DNA of 64,000 nt from a virus. Numbering within the stretch: position 1 is the first letter of the stretch; each line of letters opens with the position of its first letter. Location of the stretch: IMG/VR virus record IMGVR_UViG_3300022925_000006, one strand, 5' to 3'. A program made the position numbers and the translations under genes. This document shows positions 30,412 to 37,899 of the stretch, piece by piece. The notes beneath the pieces are model-generated. The model was not told the origin of the DNA. It searched no databases and saw nothing but the letters and a program-made list of their open reading frames with translations.

Positions 30412-32982
30412 ATGACTGTTCCAGTAAAACTAAAAGACAGTGCTAGTGCCGATTTTGTTCAGTTCTCATCGACAGAAGAAAATTATTTAGCATACCAAGC
30501 GGGTCTACACCTTGCGTCTGGAGATAGTTCAGACGTAGGTTCTCTTGCGTTCAATATTCATGGGGTTGTTAATACAATCGGTTCCGTGGTTGATACGTCA
30601 TATGACTCTGCTGTAGGAACAGGCGGTGATGGTTCGTTCTTATCATTCACCACAACTACGACTCCGATTAGACAAACCAAAGGAACCATTACTCCTGCTG
30701 GAAGTAATAACCGTCTTCCCGTGATGCAGAGGGACAGTGACGGACAAAGAGTTATTCGTGAGATGAATGATTCTGATGTGAGTGCATTACTCGATAGAGT
30801 CGGTTCACGTATCTTTACATCTGACTATCCTGGCTCATATAAACTTTCAACATCAACTCCGTCTGGTGGATATTCGACAGTCTTATCAAATGTAACGACT
30901 GATACTAGAACTGATGGAACATCTATACAATATAATCTGTATAGAAGAACTTCAATGACACCACCAACTAAAGTGTTGCCATTTTCTATCAAACGTTCTA
31001 GTGGTGATACTGGTACATATCAAGGTCTTCAGTTAATGACTGACGACCAAGTCAAATATTCTATTGGTACTCGTTTACAAAACAAGATTGCGGGTACTGA
31101 TAATTCTGTAGGTTCATATAAGATTTACAGTGCTTCTGCTGGTACTCCAACCAACAATGGTTTGTCTGGTACATGGCAATCTAAAGGTACTGCAACAGAT
31201 ACTCGTCAAGATATTGTTGATGCAAACTATACTAGAGGACGTGTATCTACTTACTCTCGTCTAAGAGAATCTACTTATAGTGCTGCATATAACAGAACAA
31301 GAAGTAGTTCCTATGCTAGTACTAATGATGTTACTCGTACCAGTACATACTCAGCAACATATTCCCTACCAAGAACTAGTTCATTCACCACTAATGGTTT
31401 CATAGGAAACTACATTGGTAATTATCAAAGAACAACGAGTGGAGTTTATACTCGAAGTCGTCTGGCTACTCTCGATTATGCTGGTGATTATGTAGGTAAC
31501 TTTGTAGGTAACTATTCTCGTTTATTAGGATTTACTGGTAACTATTCAGGTGTGGGCGGAAACTTTCTTAGAGATTCTACCAGAGTATCGACATATGGTA
31601 GAACCTCTACTAATACTTTTGTTGGTAATTATAATCGAAGTGTAACTTACCTCGGTAATTATACTGGCAATTTCTTGGGCGAATACACTCGTGATAGTCA
31701 AAGAGTCCCAGCAGTTGACTTTACTGGCAACTTTGTTGGTAACTATTCACGTAACTTCCTTCGTACTCGTAATTCTAATTATCAAAGAAACACTTTAATA
31801 GACTCTACTAGAACGTCTACCAGAGATTCTCAAAGAACTGATATCGGCAACTTTACTGGTGATTTCACTGGTAACTATTCACGTAACTTTTCTGGCGCAT
31901 TTACTAGAAACTCTTTGGACGAAATGGCCTATGTTACTGTTTACTCACGAGGTACAGTAAAGGCTGGTGACATTACATACTATACTGGTAACTATCTAGG
32001 CACCAATCAATATGTTAGACATAGTGTTACGGCAACTGGTACAAGTAGTGCATACTATTACAGTAAAGTGAGTCTTGATTATATTTCCAGTGGTGATATA
32101 TTCTGGCAAGTCCCGATTGCTGATGGTGATAACATTAACACTAAAATATTTAGAGTATACTGGGGAACAAGCGTATTGCCATCTCCTGGCCAAGTAGCGG
32201 TTGCTCTAGCTTATTATGACCCCAATGCCGATGGTAACGTATTGACAAGCGGGTTTAATCTGACTTATGCTCAGTATGAATTGATAACTGGTTATTATGA
32301 CCCAGATACTGCAAGTACTGTGGTTCCGACATACGAAGCCTTTATGACAGCGAGTTTACTAGATTTTCATACAATGTTGTCGAAGATTACCCGAATAAAG
32401 GATGATGCGGATGGATATGAGTATGAAAAAGGAGACTTTCAAGCACTTGATGGTGATGGTGGACTGGACGGCCAGTTAGATAATGCTCTTTATTCTGTAA
32501 GAAGAAGAACACTGACATCTTATGTCGGTAACTTTAGTGGTAACTTCCTTGGTAATTACTCCAGAAACTTTGCAAGGGATTTTCTCAGAAACAGTACTAG
32601 AACTTCTACTACTAACTTCCTTGGTAACTTTATTGGTGATTTCCTTGGAAACTTTGTTGGCGACTTTACGGGTGATTATCAAAGAAGTTTTATTGGTGAG
32701 TATAGTAGAAACTATCAACGTACTCGTGTGACAGTCTATACTGGACTTGATGGATTCACAAATAACTATCTTGGTAACTATATTGGTAATTTCAGTCGAA
32801 ACTTCACAACAACCTTTATAGGTAACTATTCCAGAAACTTTGTGGGTAATTACATTGGTAACTATGCACGTAACTTCATTGGAAACTACAATCGAACATT
32901 CACAGGCAACTACGCAGGTGCCACTATAGGGGCTACGAATTCAACCATTGAGACTTATACTCTCTATGTAAGAACAGCATAA
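30412..32982 (+). CDS. virion fibre-like protein A: base domain + branched tetrapeptide-repeat region + inserted non-repetitive domain
   Basis: N-domain paralogous to 32993 (EENYLAYQAGLHL); [FY]xG[ND], [FY]xR[NT] and RxS/T units; C-terminus TIETYTLYVRTA. Confidence 0.8.
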   Translation: MTVPVKLKDSASADFVQFSSTEENYLAYQAGLHLASGDSSDVGSLAFNIHGVVNTIGSVVDTSYDSAVGTGGDGSFLSFTTTTTPIRQTKGTITPAGSNNRLPVMQRDSDGQRVIREMNDSDVSALLDRVGSRIFTSDYPGSYKLSTSTPSGGYSTVLSNVTTDTRTDGTSIQYNLYRRTSMTPPTKVLPFSIKRSSGDTGTYQGLQLMTDDQVKYSIGTRLQNKIAGTDNSVGSYKIYSASAGTPTNNGLSGTWQSKGTATDTRQDIVDANYTRGRVSTYSRLRESTYSAAYNRTRSSSYASTNDVTRTSTYSATYSLPRTSSFTTNGFIGNYIGNYQRTTSGVYTRSRLATLDYAGDYVGNFVGNYSRLLGFTGNYSGVGGNFLRDSTRVSTYGRTSTNTFVGNYNRSVTYLGNYTGNFLGEYTRDSQRVPAVDFTGNFVGNYSRNFLRTRNSNYQRNTLIDSTRTSTRDSQRTDIGNFTGDFTGNYSRNFSGAFTRNSLDEMAYVTVYSRGTVKAGDITYYTGNYLGTNQYVRHSVTATGTSSAYYYSKVSLDYISSGDIFWQVPIADGDNINTKIFRVYWGTSVLPSPGQVAVALAYYDPNADGNVLTSGFNLTYAQYELITGYYDPDTASTVVPTYEAFMTASLLDFHTMLSKITRIKDDADGYEYEKGDFQALDGDGGLDGQLDNALYSVRRRTLTSYVGNFSGNFLGNYSRNFARDFLRNSTRTSTTNFLGNFIGDFLGNFVGDFTGDYQRSFIGEYSRNYQRTRVTVYTGLDGFTNNYLGNYIGNFSRNFTTTFIGNYSRNFVGNYIGNYARNFIGNYNRTFTGNYAGATIGATNSTIETYTLYVRTA

Positions 32983-32992
32983 ATAGGTTGAT

Positions 32993-35566
32993 ATGGGAAC
33001 TACAACACTAAAACTTGAAGGCACCAATGGTGACCTCAAGGAGATAACAACCGCAGAAGAGAACTACCTTGCGTATCAGGCAGGGTTGCATCTGTCTGCG
33101 TTGGATTCTAGTGATGTCGCAACATTAACTCAAGTCAGTACCAGTAATACCCTAATCGGTACATTTACTGATACTACATTTGATGATGCGCCTGGCACAC
33201 ATGGATTTGCGGGTGGTACTGTTCCTGTTACACAAACAACAACTTCTTTATATCAAAGAGAAGGTGTCGCTGATTTCTCAGGAGATTCAGCTTCAGCTGC
33301 ATTTCGATACCCCACAGAGTTTGTTGACAACGGTGGAACACCAGAAGTTCACGAACTGGATTCGGCTGAAGTAGATACCCTTGCCGACAGACTTACTTCT
33401 CGTATCGTAACATCCGAATATCCAGGCACATATCGACTGGGTTCGTCCTCGCCTGGCGGAACATATTCCGTATATAAAGCAGGCGTGTTTTCGGATAGAC
33501 TACAAACAGGCACTTCGGGTACAGCCTACAATCTGTATGTGAAGTCCTCGATGACTCCACCAACTACAGTAAGACCAGTATCCATTAAAAGGTCTAGTGG
33601 TCTGACAGGTTCGTTCCAAGGCATCCAAGAAATGAGTGATGCCCAGATACGATACACTTTTGGTTCAAGAGTCCAAAGTCGTGTCATGAATGGAAGTGGT
33701 GGAGTAGGCACATATCAATTAAGAAGTAATGTTCAAGGCGCTCCTACTGATACAGGGACATGGTCTACCAGAGGAACTGCAACAGATACTCGTTATGCCT
33801 TGGTCAATACGGATTACTCTGCAACGTATCTAAGAAATAGTACACTAGATTCTACCCGAAATAGTACTAGAGACCGTTCAGCTGCAACAGATTATGTCGG
33901 TAATTACACTCGAAACTTCACTGCAAATTTCCTTGGGGAATATGTCGGTGATTTCACGGGCAACTTCATAGGCGACTTTACAGGCGATTATCAAAGAAGT
34001 TTTATTGGTAACTTTGTAGGTAACTATAGTAGAGACTTCATTGGTGATTATACGGGTAACTATTCTAGAAGTTTCCTTGGTAACTATATTGGCAACTATG
34101 CTCGTGCATATTCCGCTGTATATTCAAGAACTCGTGTAACAACATATACTGGTAACTTTATCGGTAATTATGTTGGTAACTATGCTCGTAATTTCTCGGC
34201 TGCATACACAAGAGACCGAGTAACCAATTTTATCGGAGATTTTACTGGTAACTTTATTGGTAACTATGCACGTAACTTTTCTGCCAACTATCAAAGAACT
34301 AGAGCCACCAATTTTATAGGTAACTTCCTTGGTGATTATACTGGTAACTATGCTCGTGCATATGCTGCTGCTTATACTAGAAACAGAGTTGCAACCTTTA
34401 CGGGTGACTTTGTAGGTAACTACACAGGTAACTTTGTAGGTAACTATGCAAGAACCAGAGCAACTAATTACCAAAGAACTCGTACAACTAACTATGCTCG
34501 TAACTTTGCTGCTGCTTATACTAGAAACAGGCTTGCAACCTTTACGGGTAACTTTGCAGGTAACTATGTAGGTAACTTCCTTGGCGACTATGTAGGTAAC
34601 TTTGTAGGAAACTATGCAAGAACTCGTACAACCAACTTTCTTGGTGGTGGTAAAAGTGGTGATTTATATGCCTACACAGGTAACTTTGTAGGTAACTATT
34701 CAAGAACACGTGCAACTAATTACCAAAGAACTCGTGTTACTACATATTCAAGAACTCGTGTAACAAATTATGTAGCAGATTATGTCGGTAACTATACTGG
34801 TAACTATGCTCGTAACTACCTCGGCAACTTCCTTGGTGATTATGTAGGTAACTTTGTAGGTAACTATGCAAGAACTCGTGCTACTGCATACGCAAGGACT
34901 AGGATAACAAATTATGTAGCAGATTATGCTGGTAATTATACTGGTAACTATGCTCGTAACTTTAGTGCAAACTATCAGAGAACTAGGGCGACTACCTACA
35001 CTGGTAACTTCCTTGGTGATTATACTGGTAACTATGCTCGTACATATACTATTGATTCTACCCGAAATTCGACCAACACTTTTGCTGGCAACTTCGTTGG
35101 TGATTTTACGGGTAACTATGCTAGAAACTTTAGTGCTGATTATCAGAGAGACACTCTCACCGATTTTGTTGGTGACTTTCTTGGCGAGTACACAGGCAAC
35201 TATTCTAGAAGTTTCACTGCGGATTATCAGAGAACTCGTGTTTCAATATACTCAGCTGTATACTCTAGAACAAGAACATCTATATACAGCGCAGACTATC
35301 AACGAACACGTAACTCTAATTACACCAGAAATTCAACTAGGGATTCGTTAAGAAATTCTGTTGCGACCTTTACAAGAACTTCTGTTGTTGTTCGTTCAAG
35401 TGCATACAGTAGAACAAGAACCAGTGTGACTACCTTTACAGGTGATTTTACAGGTAACTTTGTGGGCGACTTCACTGGTAACTATGTCGGTAACTATGTT
35501 GGAACAACCATTGATTCTGGAACTTCCACCATTACTACCTACACCCTGTACCAGAGAACCGCATAA
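32993..35566 (+). CDS. virion fibre-like protein B: base domain + 2 x 68 mirror-complementary tetrapeptide units
   Basis: Paralogue of the upstream gene; repeats from 33815 to 35506; C-terminus TITTYTLYQRTA. Confidence 0.8.
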   Translation: MGTTTLKLEGTNGDLKEITTAEENYLAYQAGLHLSALDSSDVATLTQVSTSNTLIGTFTDTTFDDAPGTHGFAGGTVPVTQTTTSLYQREGVADFSGDSASAAFRYPTEFVDNGGTPEVHELDSAEVDTLADRLTSRIVTSEYPGTYRLGSSSPGGTYSVYKAGVFSDRLQTGTSGTAYNLYVKSSMTPPTTVRPVSIKRSSGLTGSFQGIQEMSDAQIRYTFGSRVQSRVMNGSGGVGTYQLRSNVQGAPTDTGTWSTRGTATDTRYALVNTDYSATYLRNSTLDSTRNSTRDRSAATDYVGNYTRNFTANFLGEYVGDFTGNFIGDFTGDYQRSFIGNFVGNYSRDFIGDYTGNYSRSFLGNYIGNYARAYSAVYSRTRVTTYTGNFIGNYVGNYARNFSAAYTRDRVTNFIGDFTGNFIGNYARNFSANYQRTRATNFIGNFLGDYTGNYARAYAAAYTRNRVATFTGDFVGNYTGNFVGNYARTRATNYQRTRTTNYARNFAAAYTRNRLATFTGNFAGNYVGNFLGDYVGNFVGNYARTRTTNFLGGGKSGDLYAYTGNFVGNYSRTRATNYQRTRVTTYSRTRVTNYVADYVGNYTGNYARNYLGNFLGDYVGNFVGNYARTRATAYARTRITNYVADYAGNYTGNYARNFSANYQRTRATTYTGNFLGDYTGNYARTYTIDSTRNSTNTFAGNFVGDFTGNYARNFSADYQRDTLTDFVGDFLGEYTGNYSRSFTADYQRTRVSIYSAVYSRTRTSIYSADYQRTRNSNYTRNSTRDSLRNSVATFTRTSVVVRSSAYSRTRTSVTTFTGDFTGNFVGDFTGNYVGNYVGTTIDSGTSTITTYTLYQRTA
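33815..35506 (+). repeat. 12-bp-period coding repeat array (e.g. GGTAACTAT/GGTAACTTT units)
   Basis: Direct reading; register broken only by two 6-aa units and the central loop. Confidence 0.95.
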
Positions 35567-35605
35567 TTTTAATATATATAAACGTGAAGTCAACGGAGAT
35601 TTAAA

Positions 35606-36055
35606 ATGGCAAGAACATGGTTAGACAACGCATTCTGGGAAACTCCCAAAAAACAAATATTGAATGCAATAAGTGAGGAAGAAATTGATAATCGCCAGAT
35701 TCGTCAAGTTCATAAACTCAATAAACTAAATGATGATGGCACAGAGAACGAACTATTCACTGAAGTTATGACCTTCCTTGGTGAAGAAAAGATTGATGCG
35801 TCAAGTAAAAAGCGTCTGGAAAAGAAACAGTCTGAGGCTGAACTTGAAAAACAAAAGGCGCTTGAACATGAACGTGCAAAGAAACTAGAGAAACTCTTTG
35901 AGTATAAACTAGAGACCTTTGAGATTGATGAAATTAAAGGTTCGAAGAATCGTTTATTAAAATCTAAACTGAGACGTTCCAAGTCGATTCCTGAAGTGAA
36001 TCTATATGCTATGATGATTGTGAAGGAAACTCTCGATGACGAACACACCAAGTAA
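35606..36055 (+). CDS. hypothetical protein (possible fibre chaperone)
   Basis: Charged helical ORF, LF..KL..FEI.EIK.S motif; sits between the fibre genes and the enzymes. Confidence 0.7.
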   Translation: MARTWLDNAFWETPKKQILNAISEEEIDNRQIRQVHKLNKLNDDGTENELFTEVMTFLGEEKIDASSKKRLEKKQSEAELEKQKALEHERAKKLEKLFEYKLETFEIDEIKGSKNRLLKSKLRRSKSIPEVNLYAMMIVKETLDDEHTK

Positions 36056-36785
36056 AGGTTTTGTAATTGTTGCGTCCAGAAATCAAAACTTCTATACGTA
36101 TGCAGTTAACTTAATCGAATCAATCAAAGATTGGTATCCCGAAGCAAAAATCTGTCTTGTCACCGAACAACGTTTTATTGATGAACGTGCAGATGAAGCT
36201 GACCAAGTAATCTTTTGTACTGACCACTACCGTGCAAAACTATGGGGTATGTCTCAGACTCCCTATGATGTAACAATGTATGTCGATGCAGACATGGATT
36301 GTGAACATGAAGATATCGCAAAGGTATGGGATGAGATGAAGGACTATGATATGGTCTTTCATGCATTGACCCCCGAACGTGAAAAGTACTATGCGATTCG
36401 TGAATTTAAATATGGTGATGGTATAGAGAAGTTTACTCTATGTGGGGGCGTGTGTCTATATAGAAGTGGCAATCCTCTGGTTCGTGAGTTTATGGAAGAC
36501 TGGTTTGAGTTGTTCAATAAACAACATAGTGGAATGTGGAAACCAAAAGGATTTGACAACCAACAGTTTGATAGAGACCTTAAACATTTTGACCAGACAA
36601 CTCTTTGGTGGTTAACAGAAAAAGAAGAAAAATATAAAGACCTCAAGATTGGTATTTTCCAAGATGACATTCGATGGAATTATTTTACCCAATATGCATA
36701 TGAAGGTCTAAAGTCTATTGAAGGTAAACCACCTATCCTTAGACACTATTCTGGTTCACTCCAGAAGGATAAGCTTATAGTATGA
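36036..36785 (+). CDS. GT-A fold glycosyltransferase
   Basis: GFVIVA N-terminus, RAKL..M..TPYD.TMYVDAD (DxD), CGGV..Y, DQ..LW, RWN, ILRHY. Confidence 0.8.
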   Translation: MTNTPSKGFVIVASRNQNFYTYAVNLIESIKDWYPEAKICLVTEQRFIDERADEADQVIFCTDHYRAKLWGMSQTPYDVTMYVDADMDCEHEDIAKVWDEMKDYDMVFHALTPEREKYYAIREFKYGDGIEKFTLCGGVCLYRSGNPLVREFMEDWFELFNKQHSGMWKPKGFDNQQFDRDLKHFDQTTLWWLTEKEEKYKDLKIGIFQDDIRWNYFTQYAYEGLKSIEGKPPILRHYSGSLQKDKLIV

Positions 36786-37453
36786 AAGATATTCCGATAA
36801 AAAATCCTGAAGTACTAGAGGTTCTAAATAAATTCTTATGGTTTTATGACAACAAGGATATTGTTGCAAAAAATCTAAGGGTTCATTCTGATGCAAATAA
36901 AAGGTCTCATTTTGTCGGTGAAAAATATCGTGACGAAATTATTGCAATGGATGACAGACATGAAGGATTTCCCGATGAATGTCGTGGATATGGATTGAAG
37001 ACTGACCGAATTCATACCGTTGATAGAGCAGACAACAGTGAAGTCGCTAGTATAGTTAAACAATACGGTAAGTTTAATCAAGAGTTATGTCAGTTACTAT
37101 CAAGTCGGAATAATGCATTAGCACAATTATATCCGCCTGGCGGTTACATATCATGGCACAATAATGCAAACGCATCTGCATACAATATTATTTTCTCTTG
37201 GTCAGAAACAGGAGAAGGTAACTTCAAGTATGTTGATGGTCATACAGGTGATACTGTTGTCATGCAAGATGTAAAAGGATGGCAGTGTAAAGCAGGATAC
37301 TTTGGTGCATATGGGGAACCTTGGTACAATAGGGTCTATCATGCAGCCGAAACTGACTGTTGGAGACTTACTATATCATACATCTTTGACCGCAGCGACA
37401 TGTCCCTTGGAATTCAAGATGATGTTATTGAGGAAATAATGTCAGAATTCTAG
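36782..37453 (+). CDS. cupin / 2OG-Fe(II) oxygenase-like protein
   Basis: YPPGGYISWHNN...YH.A.T.C.R.T pattern (HxN...H...R); third ligand atypical. Confidence 0.6.
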   Translation: MKDIPIKNPEVLEVLNKFLWFYDNKDIVAKNLRVHSDANKRSHFVGEKYRDEIIAMDDRHEGFPDECRGYGLKTDRIHTVDRADNSEVASIVKQYGKFNQELCQLLSSRNNALAQLYPPGGYISWHNNANASAYNIIFSWSETGEGNFKYVDGHTGDTVVMQDVKGWQCKAGYFGAYGEPWYNRVYHAAETDCWRLTISYIFDRSDMSLGIQDDVIEEIMSEF

Positions 37454-37474
37454 TCCGTTAGACGTTGGAATCCT

Positions 37475-37482
37475 TATAAATA
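37475..37482 (+). promoter_or_regulatory. late promoter
   Basis: TATAAATA upstream of the fibre operon. Confidence 0.8.
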
Positions 37483-37520
37483 AAGACAAGAAGAAATTGT
37501 TTTTACATGGGTATTCTACG

Positions 37521-37886
37521 ATGACACCAAATTACGAAGATATCACTATCCTACAAGGAACAGATGTAGCGATTGAAATACATCTGATTCACGATAGTGG
37601 TAGCGCTTTCAATTTGACCAATAGGTCGATTGAAGCCAAAATGAAAAGAAATTACGCCGACTCTGCGGATGACCCTGACACGGTGGCATTTAATTCGGTC
37701 GTAATAAATCCCCCCGAAGACGGCATCATCAATCTCTCATTAACAAATACACAAACCGATGCACTGAAGACTCGTGGCAGATACGTCTATGACGTGGAAA
37801 TATCATTCACAGACAGTGATTCGAATACAATAATCCAGAGAGTCCTTGAAGGACAGATTGAAGTATCGCCTTCGGTCACCAAATAA
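37521..37886 (+). CDS. BppU-like fibre attachment/adaptor protein
   Basis: I.QGTD, FNLT, G.I.LSLT..QT.AL...GRYVYDVEI, RVLEG.I.VSP.VT. Confidence 0.75.
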   Translation: MTPNYEDITILQGTDVAIEIHLIHDSGSAFNLTNRSIEAKMKRNYADSADDPDTVAFNSVVINPPEDGIINLSLTNTQTDALKTRGRYVYDVEISFTDSDSNTIIQRVLEGQIEVSPSVTK

Positions 37887-37899
37887 AGGGAAAGTATAG

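Noticed and set aside
31228-35506. GGTAAC-rich repeats as a CRISPR array or DGR template/variable repeats
   Set aside because: The repeats are in-frame 12-bp coding units without unique spacers. Differences are not adenine-specific, and no cas or reverse transcriptase gene is in the window.
33815-35506. DNA-level inverted repeat explaining the mirror symmetry
   Set aside because: Both arms carry the same-strand GGTAAC motif; I saw no reverse-complement match. The symmetry exists only in the amino-acid unit pattern.
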